Both the position numbers and the translations under genes were made by a program. The notes under the pieces are model-generated. The model was given only the letters and a program-made list of their open reading frames with translations. It did not search any database and was not told the DNA's origin. A stretch of 62,226 nt of DNA, the filler included, from Rhabdomonas costata (taxonomy: Eukaryota), in the NCBI GenBank assembly GCA_019059605.1. It is 17 parts of 17 records of this genome, joined end to end, with 100 filler letters (N's around TTAATTAATTAA, not from the genome) between each part and the next. Parts side by side here need not be neighbours in the genome. Positions count along the whole stretch, not along the records: positions 51,261 to 54,816 come from JAHMHO010000732.1; positions 54,917 to 58,472 come from JAHMHO010000733.1; positions 58,573 to 62,226 come from JAHMHO010000734.1; 14 more parts are not named here. One strand, 5' to 3'. Numbering within the stretch: position 1 is the stretch's first letter; each line of letters begins with the position of its first letter. This document shows positions 51,261-62,226 of the stretch, piece by piece.

Positions 51261-53400
51261 GAGAACTTCCATGGCCATTCTGACATTTTGACAAAGTCAA
51301 TTGAGATGAACTACAACTTGTTAACTGGCACCTGCAGCACTTGGGTGTGACATCTCAGCAGATGATGATCCGCCTTGCAACTGTGACGTTATACATGTCA
51401 CTTGATGTTATTAAACACAAACGTTCGCTTTATTATCGATGAAGTTCTGGCCAATCCCAAATGTCCTGAGGCTTTGGAATTATGATATACCTTCTCGCTG
51501 CATCTGGTATGGCACCACAATAGCACATAATGCCACTTCTTTGGGTCCAAAAGATCTGCTTCGTCATCTCTCAGTATACCTGTGTCGATCCAGTAGTCAG
51601 TCCACAAATTTTCTTGATCTTCTGCTGGTCAAACGCGCATGGGCTCACACAGCGGTCCGTAGACATTTACACAAAACATTTACCTTCATCTGCAACATTT
51701 AGAATTCCATGAAAATGAGAAATATTTAGCATATACAACTGTCCTTAGCCAAATAACTTGTATTGGAGACGGTCAGTGGTTCCTCTGCATGTAACTCAAC
51801 GCAGGTATCCGTGTGCACTTCAACTTCTGCCACCAACAATTAATGCTTTCACTCCTCTAATGTATCCGCCAACGCTAGCATCTACTTTTCGTGCACAGGT
51901 TTATTCTTTTCTGCCTCAGACAGCTTTCTCGACCTGAACGCCACGATATGTAACTTCAAGTTGTAACATTCCTGATGCAGTGTGGCTCCAATCCCACTTC
52001 CATAAATTTTGTATTACAAGATCAGGATGAGTTAGCAGTATAGCCTATGAAACGCAGTATCATGCGATTCACTCAAAACCCATTCTATCTTCTTTTTCAT
52101 CAGGTCCGTCATGGTGGATGCCACTGTGGAGTGCTCACCCACAAACATCTGATAAAAGACACACAGTAATAAGAAGCTTTTCATATCCGTCGGGTTCTTT
52201 AGCTGCGGCCACTTATATACCTCCACTATATTTCTAGGCTGTGGCCTGATTCCATTTCTTCCAAAATGAAACCACATTACTCTACCTATGACTGAGAAAA
52301 CACGCATTTATACGGATATGCATGCAGCGTTTCTTTATCCAATCTTTTTTAAAGCACTCACAACTCCGTGTTCACTAATATATCATCCAAGTACGCCAAC
52401 GTTGTATCACTAAGGTCTTCCAGAATGAAATACGTCGTCATCTGAAATGTAAATGGGGCGTCATCGCATTTGTCTTAAATGAAGTCAGCTTCATATGGTC
52501 TTGATGTACTCTAATCTGGTGAAATACTGCGTGCAAGTTTAACTTCAAAAACCACTTAGCTTTGAATGCGTGATCAATTATCTCGTCTACCAGTGGTGTG
52601 GGGTACAAATCAGTGACATTAATGCATTTTTTTGCGCGTTCACCAAAGGAAACTTGGGATGCTCGGTGGTCCTGTTGCTGGCCTGTCTGCTGTCTCACTC
52701 AGCCTTCAACATGCCCGTAGTTGGAAAAGTGATAAGTAAAGAATATACTGCTGGTAACTCCTGAATTTCGTATACCCGCCCGCTGCTCCACACTTTAATA
52801 AAACGGCGTTTCCAATTAATCTGGGATTGTGGCCGAGTCAAAAACGTGTATCCCAGTACAAACTGGACCTCCGTCTTTATCACTCTCAAGTATAGTTTAC
52901 CGTCATTCCACCAAACCTTACAACTATTCACACAAAATGAATCATCACTGTGAGCTTCTGCTGAAGCAGGTACAGCTGTAGCCTCAAACGCTGCACCACC
53001 TCTTCACTTATAAAAGAGCCCGACTCTACTCAGTCCAACAGAGCTCTCGCTTGGATCGTCCCAATCCACAACGGCAGAAACAGGGTATGGTGGAGTACCA
53101 AAGAACCCATCCATTGCAAACTTTTTGGAAGGGCAGCACAAAAAACGGTACCTGGCAGCTTCCATTTTCACAGATGCTGCTGACGGTTATCTCCTGCCGT
53201 TATTATAACCAATCCTTAAATAAAGCGCCGATTCTGCATCTGCCGATGGACCGAGCTGCCTGCGAATGCCTTTATCCTCAACAGGGAGCCAATGTATATC
53301 ATTTCTCCAACTTCAATTTAATCTCTTGACCTTTAGCTCCACTTTTTGACGTCTTTAGGCTGATTTGCATAACTGCGAACAATGTCTATACATTTCTAAC
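51261..53400 (-). mobile_element. Decayed Ty3/Gypsy LTR retrotransposon pol (protease end, RT, RNase H, integrase Zn-binding region)
   Basis: VLGYTFL...INWK; DLYPTPLVDEIID...LNLHAVFHQIRV...KLTSFKT; LAYLDDI at ~52381-52400; WPQLKNPTDMKSFL...FY; HNSKASGHLG..RT. Order PR-RT-RH-IN; many stops. Confidence 0.88.
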
Positions 53401-53536
53401 GGAGAAACCACAGCTCCTTGCACATTCACTGAGTCACTTTTTTTTATCTCCATTAGTCAGTCGCTCTTTTGGCTGGTCTTTTCTATTGTGCGTTTCGCTT
53501 GCCGTGCCTTCCTGCTTTCTAGCGCGGGGTCTTACG

Positions 53537-53582
<46 letters not shown>

Positions 53583-53899
53583 GTTTGGCCTTCTTTCCAC
53601 TTTCCATCTCTAGCTTTGCTTTTCTACAGGAAGGGGTGCCATATATTCGGGCGTTGCTTTTTCCCGACTTGCCTCTGTCAGGTGTGCTATCCATTCATGT
53701 ACCGCAACTTTGTCACCCTCAGGCTTTCCCGAAGGCCCTTCTAATCAACTGACGTGCTAAACTTGCAATCTTTGGCTGGTCAACCATTCCGCCCCAGACG
53801 ACTGAAAATACCAACGTGTTCAGAGGGAAGGACCACCTCCTGAGGCGGGTCTTCCTGGATTTTTGAATTGGTTGGGTCAGGTCTCAGGCTTAAAATATC

Positions 53900-54700
53900 A
53901 TCAACGGGGTGTCGGGGTAAGAGTTCTGAAAACCGAGCTTGCGTTGAAAACGATTTCGGAAATAGTTGCGACCACCATACGGCAACGTGGGCCCGACGAG
54001 CCGGCGAGGGGAGAAGACCGAAAAGCGGAGGCACATTTTGGTGAACGGCATTCCGCTCAAACGCGCGACCGGGGAGAACGGCGACAAGGAATCCAACAAG
54101 AACGCACGAGGGTGGGCGTCGTCCGGACGACGATCAGCTCGCAATGGCAGCGGGTGCCAAGGGATGATGACCGAACCTACCGATTGGCTTTGGTAGGCGC
54201 CCTGTCTGGTGCCGGTTTGCTGCGAAAACGTGGTTGGCGACCCGCCCGCCAACAAACTCGGAGGGACAGTTGTGGTCGAGAGTTTCGTTCGTACCAACCT
54301 TCGGATCGTGGGACTTAGGATTTGACTCGTCCTGAATATCTTCACACCGTTTCAGGAGATTATCGTTTATCCCTTTCGACGCTCATGATCAGTTGTTCAC
54401 GATGCACAACCTCACTCCGCAAAGCCTTACCAAGAGATTAGGGAACTATGAGAGCCCTTTTTTTAATCAAATGGGCCAAGCCAATGGGAACCGACAACGA
54501 GCCGAATGAAACAGCATGTAATTTTCCGCAGGATTTCCTCAGTTGCTACAAACAGAGAACAAGAAGCAACGAGACAAACTACAACAGGGCACGTGTTCAA
54601 AAGTGTGGGTATCTTTCGCCAATTCACTGAAAAGACAATGACCAAGAGCGATAGATTTCACATTCGGAAGCTGTGGAACGAACTGTGGAACGAGGAGTTT
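53900..54700 (-). mobile_element. Heavily decayed non-LTR (L1/Tx1-like) RT relic
   Basis: Ordered remnants NVKSIALGHCLFSELAK (~YRPIALLN..YK.LAK), LGKAL..V.H (~D..KAFD.V.H), FSQQTGTRQG, PDD. Confidence 0.45.
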
Positions 54701-55115
54701 CCAACAAAGCGCTGGTTTGGAAGAACAAAAGCATTTAACCCATTCAGAGAGAGAGAGAGAAGGACACAGAAGAGAAGGATTAAGACAAGCCAAAAACTGC
54801 AAGCGCGCTCCAAAACNNNNNNNNNNNNNNNNNNNNNNNNNNNNNNNNNNNNNNNNNNNNTTAATTAATTAANNNNNNNNNNNNNNNNNNNNNNNNNNNN
54901 NNNNNNNNNNNNNNNNTTGTTGGTGTCGCACCAGCAGCAGAACTGAAGGCCGATAGTTCCCATTTGTTTTCTTGTCTCCGCGCACGTATGTGTGTGCGGA
55001 AACACGAAAAACAGTCACTCACACACGCATATCAGAAAGTCACTCTTTTTGACCTGCAGATCACACTTGCGATCTCGTCCATCGGGGGAGGGGCGTTACA
55101 GGGTATAAGCCGTCA

Positions 55116-55461
55116 TATACGGTACAACGCCGTTATGCAGCACAACGCCGTTGAACTGAAGAACACCATGCACTAAAACGGCGTCATACGGTCATGGAGC
55201 GGTGTGTGAAAAACCCGATTTTTTTTTTTGCTATTCTGTTGGTCAGAGGAACTTATTTCTTGCTGGGGCTTGGTCAACAAGTAGCCAACAGTATTATTTC
55301 AGGGGCGAAGGCCAGCCGCCGGCGGGGACGTTGCCTGGGGGTAGATTTCAATACAACGTGGCGATGCACGTCAAACTGAAGCATGTTCACTACTGCCTAT
55401 GTGGGCCTGGCCACCGTGGTTTAGTTTCGTCCTTCGTCGTATAACGCCGTTATACCGTATA
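55116..55461. mobile_element. Candidate MITE (~346 bp)
   Basis: Inverted termini TATACGGTACAACGCCGTTAT / ATAACGCCGTTATACCGTATA (19/21), TA at both outer ends, recurring AACG(C/G)CGT motif. Confidence 0.5.
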
Positions 55462-55554
55462 CCACCGGTAGGTCCCCACACCCCAAGAGACCGGACCCCA
55501 CCTTTGTGCGACACACAGACACACTCATTTCATAAAGATCCACACCCATGAAAC

Positions 55555-57933
55555 CGCAGAGGGCCTCAGGAAGCGCATGAAGTTCCCAAGCAGCTCGAAC
55601 TGCGAGAACCCCCCGGTGTGCGCGATGTCGCACTTGCGGCGGAAGTCCTCCATCACCGCCACGGGGAGCTCTCTCCCAAGTGTCTTCTTCACAGCACCTC
55701 TCACATCCGCTGCAGACCCGACCCATCACAAACCTCGTCCTTTTCTTCGACTGCTTTCAATTGCTTTGATAATAAGTCGGCGAAAGATTCTGGATCACAA
55801 GGGATGAGGGATTCTTCAGACTGACCGAAAATTTCCAGGAAGGAAGAGACTGATAGTGAGAAGTACCACCGACAGCCAGCGCCACGAATTTGCAAAACCA
55901 TCCCCAGGATGCCTCCGTCACAGCGCAGACAAAAGCTCACTGGTTGTCTGCAACTGAAGCCAGGCGTAGGTTCGATTGCTCGGCTTTATCATCCGACCTG
56001 TTAGTTCTTGAGCGGATAGCGTGAACTTGACCCAATGCGTGGGAGCTCTGCACGAAACACGAGTGAGATTGGCCCAGGCAAGGTCATGTTACGTTGCTTT
56101 CCAAGGGCACAGTTCCCGGAGATGATGCTGGGCCACAGCCGAGAACAGAACGGATGGTGGATTTCATAAATTTGTTCCGCACCTCCGAGCACCGTGGAAG
56201 CGAGAAATAGGATCAGAGAGGGGTGAAGACCGAGGATGGAGGTGGGCAGCACCACCGGCAGCTGCAGCATGCAGTCCAGGGTTTCGGAAATCCCCACCAG
56301 ATGCCGCACTGCCGCGCCGTAGGGGTTGTCGAGAGGCTGGCATGCCCACTGCGGGCGCCACCCAGTGTCCTGGGGTGTGTACAGGAGCAAGCGCTTGCTT
56401 GTTTTGCATTGGTGATCCATTGGCGGGGATCCATTGGGGTTTCAAGCTGTATGCAGGAGTGGGAAACGTACAATGACATGCCGCGGAACTCTCCGTAAAC
56501 ACTTGACGCGGCAGAAACAATACAACAAAGCACAAAGAAAAAAGGCCAGAGAACAGGAACAAAGCTGAATGGCGATTTCGCACCAAACCAAGCGACCTCC
56601 TGATGAAGTAAGGAAGTCCGAAAAAAGACGAAAAGGAAAAATAAGAAAAGGAAAAAAAAAAGGTGAGAAAAGGAAACGGGAAAGGTAAGTCTGTCGAATG
56701 AAGCAAGTTTCCCTCTGCCACGGAACCATGTGAAACGAAGCGATCTCCCCCCACACACAAGCAGCGCATTCCAAAGTTGCTGACCAAAACCAGTGGTAGA
56801 GGAGCTTTGGGGCCCTGGACATGTTGTGAACTAGGGATAGGGGGAGGGGAGGGGAAGGAGAGAGGGAGGAGCATTCTGCATTCCTTCGGAAAGACAGTGG
56901 AGGGCACCACGGGACGGTCAAACATGTTGTCCACATCAGTGAACATCACCCACTCCGCGTCGGTGAACTCGTCAGCATAGATGTTGGCCAGCTGCTGGTG
57001 AAGGTAGCCGTAGCCAAAGTGGTGCTGGGTGAAAACACGAAGAAAAAACGCAACCCTCCTAGTCCTGGGGAAAAAGAACCTACTAAGGACAGATAAGAAA
57101 CAGGAACTGATGCGGTGGGAGGGGGGGCAGAGAGAACAGCGGGCCATGGAATGGGAATGGTGACACTGACACCAAGGCCGCACGTGACGCTTAATTCCAT
57201 TAATTCACTTCAAAACTGAGAACAGAATATTTTCGCCCCAAAAGCGACCTTTTCGGACTTCATAGCAAAAAAAAATAAAGAAAAATGAAAACTTCTACCC
57301 GTTCCCCACTTTGCTTTAAATGTGTAATTGTCTAGCATGCTTCCCGATCGGAGGTAAACAACAACAACAACAACAACAACACTTTTGATGTGAAGCGGAC
57401 CACATTATTACATATTGCCCCTTCGCTCATTTCGCCTCGCTTGCGCACTGCAGTGAGACATAAGCAACCCAACCCGAGAAAAAGGCCGCCAGCATAGCGC
57501 CGACAAGTTCGGTACATTACGCCGCAGTACCAACAAACAACTGACAACTAACGGAGTGGTTGACATGTCTCGGAGCTATTGCACTTCAGCCTTTCTTTCA
57601 AAAGAGGAGAGGTGGCACACAGCACCCACACAAGCCCACACGTGCGCTGCACACTGTGACTCACCGTTCCGCAAAAAGGGGGCCGGTCCGGAGGCATCAG
57701 GTGGAAGCCCCGCACCTTAGCCTGAGGAAGCACCTCACGGGCGCCCCTCGCCACCGCAAACCGGTGCTCCTTCTCCGTCAGCAGCAATACCTCCCGCAGA
57801 CCGTCCATCCAAACTCGCCGCCGCAGCGAGGCCGCCCACACCCGCAGCCACGGCAGGTCCGAGGGCAGAGTGACCACCACAAGGGCGGTGCTGCGGAATC
57901 TCCGGAGGCTCTCTGGGTCCTCTTTCCCGGAAG
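55555..57933 (-). CDS. Orphan GT-A-like protein (DUF6492-like), partial; exons 57933-57665, 57024-56884, 56393-56231, 55709-55555 (a further upstream exon likely at ~58352-58450)
   Basis: TALVVVTLPSDLPWL..AASL; GYLHQQLANIYADEFTDAEWVMFTDVDNMFDRPV (DxD); LLLYTP; DCMLQLPVVLP; FSQFELLGNF. One intron lacks a good GT donor. Confidence 0.65.
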
Positions 57934-58641
57934 CTGGCCAAGAAAAGCATTGCCGCGGTGTGTGTGTGTGTGAGGGAGGGAGGGAGAGAAGGGGCAGCAG
58001 GACAGACCAGTGGACAACGAAAAGGGCTAAGCCGAAGCAAGCCTGGAGTCTATTTAATAGCGGGTTTCATCTCAAAAGGGAGAGTTTTTCCAGCAAGCAA
58101 ACAAAACTTCGAGGAAAGACATTAGAATGGAGAGTTTCCTTCAATTGCCATCAACAGCCACTCTCAGCAAAATGTGGGAATTCTCCGAAGAGATGTTTTT
58201 GGGAAAAAATACGGTACCCAATTCACCCACGCAGATTCGTAAAAAAAAGAAGCCACATGTGCATGGCTCCAAGTCCAGGCTTGGGTGTCATAGGCCATTC
58301 CGCGTTCCAGCATGTGGAGTACAAATGTAAGGCGTAGAAGAAAAAACCTCCGCGCCGGCGAGCAGACTCTGGCAGGAGTGCGCTCAAGCATGGAGTCAGC
58401 GGCGGCGGGGGGCGCTCAAGGCGATCACGCGGAAGGTGCGGTGCGACCTCTGCAGAGGTCGCACCACACCACNNNNNNNNNNNNNNNNNNNNNNNNNNNN
58501 NNNNNNNNNNNNNNNNTTAATTAATTAANNNNNNNNNNNNNNNNNNNNNNNNNNNNNNNNNNNNNNNNNNNNCCCATCGAGGGTGGGGAGCCCGGGGGAA
58601 GAGAAACGCGAGTCTTCCCCAGAAAAAAGCCGTCCCGGCCA

Positions 58642-59089
58642 AGTGCACAAAGTGTGTGTGTGTGTGTGTGTGGGTGTGGATGGGCACGGCCACCCTCACC
58701 CCAATGCCCGTCGTGTCATCCAGCGCGAACAGCAGCACCGTGAACGCGCCAAAATACCAATAGGTGTGCAGAACAAGCAGCACAAGGATACGCCACAGCA
58801 TACCACGCCGTATGCGTGTGTGTGGTGTATGTGTGGTGTTTGTGGGAGAGAGATATAGACCTTTCTCAGCCCTTATCCTTAGTCTCTCGACTGTTTGACA
58901 CTCCGGCCACCTTCAGGCAACTTATGTTACCAACCAATCACCTGCTAGCCCCCATGTTGCACAGGGTAAGACCTGGTTGGGGAGGGGCCAGAGTTGCCTT
59001 CAGCCCAATGCCTAATCGAGACCAGCGAGTTAGAGCCGACTTCGGTGCATGACAGTATCCGTACAGTGTTTACCCTTCACAACCAGCTC
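58642..59089 (-). mobile_element. Dispersed non-autonomous retro-like repeat, copy 2
   Basis: Homologous to 5780-6480 in two blocks with a shorter spacer; ends in (AC)n on the minus strand. Confidence 0.7.
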
Positions 59090-59579
59090 TGTGTGTGGGG
59101 TGTATTTCTTTTCCCTTTCACTCCTGTTGTTCCCTCCGATCCGTGCCCCCCCCCGTCTTATCCGTTGCGGCGTTGCTCTAATTGACAGCAAAGGACAAGA
59201 ATCTGCACATGTGACATCAAGAAGTGCTTCATTCAGACGGTTTCTCTGTCTTTTCAAAAAATTCAAAGCGAAGGATCGATTGACAAAGTTGGGGTTACAC
59301 AATCGTTCACTGTCACGTGTTCCCGAGGACGAGCTCAAAGAGGGACTTTCCTTCCATTCTGTTTCGATCCCTTGCCACACAGGAATCCCCCGAGGTTCGT
59401 GTATGGAGAGGGGGGGGACCTAACTTCGGGACCTGACCTGGTTTGGAAGTAGCCTGCAGTGGTGGCCCATTTTTTCCGGGATAATGTCCTTGAGGAAGAC
59501 AGACACACAACAATGGTGCAGATGGGCCATCCCATTCCTAACAAACCTCAGGCTCCGACAGCTGAAAAACATCTTGCAG

Positions 59580-60134
59580 ACATCCCCTCTGGGGCAGAGC
59601 CAGGGCTTGAGGATCGTCTGGAGCGCCCCTGGCGTTCCGGAAGTCTTTCACGGTGCAGTTCCACCCCGCCCCACTGGACCCTCCCGGAGGCCCACCGCGG
59701 CAGGGCCGCACTGTGGCAGGGCAGGGGCTTCTGGATGCAGGTCTGCGCTGCCGGGAAGGGAGAGGGAGAGTGGATGACAGGGTGTCGAAGTGTGCGGAAG
59801 ATGGAAAGGTGAAGGAAATGTGTAACGATTTCCTTTCACTTTAGTATACATGTTTGCTTTTCTCTGCTTCGGCAAGGACGCCTCCTTCACCGAGGTCGAC
59901 AAATGATGCAGCCTTGTTGGCACACTGGCCCTGGTCTGTCGGCGATTCCGTGCGTATCAGATGCAGTTACTCGGTTTACGCGCCCAGTGTCTGATACTGG
60001 GGTAGGTGGATTGTGCCAGCATCCCGGGCACATGCGCAGCTCACAATCACAGAAGGAACGTTGCAGGTGGTCATCAGCCAGCGCGCTAACCGCTCAAAAC
60101 GCACGCCCTGACACACGCAGTCACGCACGCGCAC

Positions 60135-60174
<40 letters not shown>

Positions 60175-61945
60175 AAACTCTGCCTGTTGTCGGCAGGTGG
60201 CTGTGGGGTTCCGCGGAGGGCAGGCAGTGGTCCGCCACGCCGACGGTCTGGGCAACGTGAGATGCGCACTGGCACTGCCACGGGTCTGGGCGGATCGCCC
60301 TGTGCTGGGGCTGTTCACGCTGAGCTCCACTGAACTGTTGCTGGTGACTCGGGCCCAGGCCAAGCTGTTTGTTCTGCGGTGAACCCCGCTCTCCTCTCTG
60401 TTGTGTGTGGGTAGGAGGGAGGGGGTGGGGTTCCCCCTCCAGTAGTCGTAGTTCGCTTTTGAGTCAGCTGTATGTACTGTGTGTGGCTACCCCGAGATTC
60501 GCGCACGCTCTGCGCGTGTGTGTGGTGTTCCAGATCTGCAGCAGGCGTGCAGAGCCTAACGCATGGTGCACTTCTTACATGTGCCTCGGGTTTCCCGACG
60601 CACTCTCACTCGTTGCACATGATGTCAACCTCACCGCAATGCATGCTCGCGCCGAGTCGTGCATTCTCACCCACCCACCCCAAGAGGGTTCAGTACGTCC
60701 CCTCACAAACCTCGAACGGGGTGTGGCAGGGTTTCGGGGTGTGTACCAATGACACAGCAAAAACTAGAAAGGTCTCCAGAGAACGAGGAAGCTGGTTTGA
60801 ACGATTGTGAAAGACCAGTGCAGTGCAAGACACGAGCAGAGCAACGACCAACGCGTTTTAGATGCCCCATCTTGCCCCTCTCTTCCCAGTTCCAGTGTTC
60901 TGCCCGTACGCTTTGTTTGCTCGCGAGGTTTGCTGGCATTTTTGCACGCCTTCTAGGCTGGACATGGTCCAGTACGAGCTGAAGCCCCTGCTCACTCTTG
61001 CCGTTGCACACCTTTGGCAGGCCGCTGCAGTGGCCGCAGGGGTGGAGGCAAATCATGCCGCCACCGCTACCCTCACTGGGGATAGCCTCTCCGTGGAGTT
61101 AGTGGATCACGCCGTGGAGGTGGTTGCCGGCACAACCCTGGTGCTTCTTCTGCGGAGCACTCACAGTGACAGGAGCTGCGGGGATGAAGCTCCTTATTCA
61201 CTTATTTTGCCTCCTTCCTTATGAATATATAGGATATATGCTTGGTTTGGGGGGGAGGGGGGTACGGACTTGATGTTTCTCCTCCCGGTTGTATAACTAC
61301 ATGGGTAGCTGTAGTGGTTACTTTTACCTAACACGTGTCTTTTCGCGCACTGAAGGTATAATATGGTTTTTAATTGAGGTCAAGGCCAACATCACAATTG
61401 AAGGGGGGCATCCATCTAACATTGTTACACTCAGAAAACTGCAACTCGTCACGTAGATGTGCTCAATTTATGTCATCATTCCGGGAACTCTTTTAAGTTA
61501 ACACCCACCGCTCGTGTGGCCGGAGACACCACCCGTGACAGGCTGGTATGCCGAAGTTGAGCACCAGACATTTTTTCCCTGCCCTTCCCAGTAAAAGGAC
61601 AGGTTTTCCAGACAACGGCATTCAAACATTTGGAAAAGTTTGAATGGAAAAGAGCTCAAATTCCAAACGTTTGGGCATAGCTTTAATTACAAACTCCGTT
61701 AGGAGGGCAGCGGACAGCGAGCCAGGCCCCGCTCTCAGTAGGGCAGTGGGAAGTGGGGAGCCAGCGCAGACTCGGAACAGCACTCGGTATGTCATTCTCA
61801 CGGTGTCTGACTGGGCAGCGGCGGGGCTGTCGAGGCCGCGGGTTGAGGTGCTGGGCGTGCTGCAGGAGAGGCACTCTGTGGGTGCCTTCCGCATTGGTCG
61901 TGGCCAGCGGCTTCGTGGCAGGGTCGCTTGGAGTGCAGAGCAAGG
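59580..61945 (+). CDS. Hypothetical protein, putative exons ~59580-59740, 60197-60378, 60957-61140, ~61703-61945
   Basis: GC-rich open segments bounded by AG/GT (VAVGFRGGQAVVRH...ELLLVTRAQAKLFVLR; LDMVQYELKPLL...); last join not resolved; no family recognised. Confidence 0.35.
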
Positions 61946-62121
61946 TCGCCGTCGGTGGGGGGGGAGTTCTGCCACCAACCAATTTCAGTCATTCAACTTT
62001 TGCTCGGCATTTTGTGCCGCATCTGCTCCCTTTTGGATTAGCTTTCCTGTTTGTGGGGAAACCCTGGAAAATAGCACAGCGGTTTTCGTTTTTAAAGGTC
62101 CTACGCATGCGTATGCGAGCG

Positions 62122-62157
<36 letters not shown>

Positions 62158-62226
62158 GCAGCCCAAAACCCGTTTCCAAATATTCTTAATCTGATTTCAC
62201 ACACACCCCCCAACCACACCCAACAC

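Noticed and set aside
56448-56881. Euglenid-type non-conventional intron with paired ATGCAG...CTGCAT ends
   Set aside because: Splicing at those paired ends gives GAA GCT TGA, an immediate stop, in the frame the protein needs.
56164-57183. 339-aa ORF and most other ORF-track entries as standalone genes
   Set aside because: They read through introns or low-complexity DNA, or are antisense shadows of GC-rich exons.
58440-58465. Perfect 26-bp palindrome
   Set aside because: Immediately before the C/A tail at a contig end; fold-back artefact.

Overview
This window is not one locus. It is 17 unrelated ~3.55-kb contigs joined by an artificial 100-nt spacer (N44-TTAATTAATTAA-N44, stops in all six frames). 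Contigs: 1-3566, 3667-7229, 7330-10894, 10995-14559, 14660-18211, 18312-21875, 21976-25535, 25636-29198, 29299-32856, 32957-36515, 36616-40198, 40299-43856, 43957-47504, 47605-51160, 51261-54816, 54917-58472, 58573-62226. The DNA is nuclear DNA of an intron-rich microbial eukaryote using the standard code. A euglenozoan-like source is plausible but cannot be proven here. Hand-splicing recovers fragments of RMI1, a complete HYPK, a calpain, an NAD-dependent sugar epimerase, a MoCo-sulfurase-like PLP enzyme, a P4-ATPase, a kinesin-3-like motor, a CaMKK-like kinase, glucosidase II alpha (GH31) and several orphan glycosyltransferase-like proteins. Best leads: (i) an intronless F-box + 27-aa LRR family with a fixed DNA scaffold and variable binding face, one copy of which runs in-frame into a young non-LTR reverse transcriptase; (ii) an excess of non-GT 5' splice sites (four GC, one candidate GA, among roughly 40-45 introns); (iii) a 3,406-bp circular or tandem unit carrying a DIRS-type adenine-methyltransferase relic; (iv) a dispersed structured SINE/retrozyme-like repeat with a decayed hammerhead-like core; (v) a tandem pair of candidate intronic box C/D snoRNAs. 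Contig-end C/A tails and fold-backs look like library artefacts. All calls are by eye; no searches were run.
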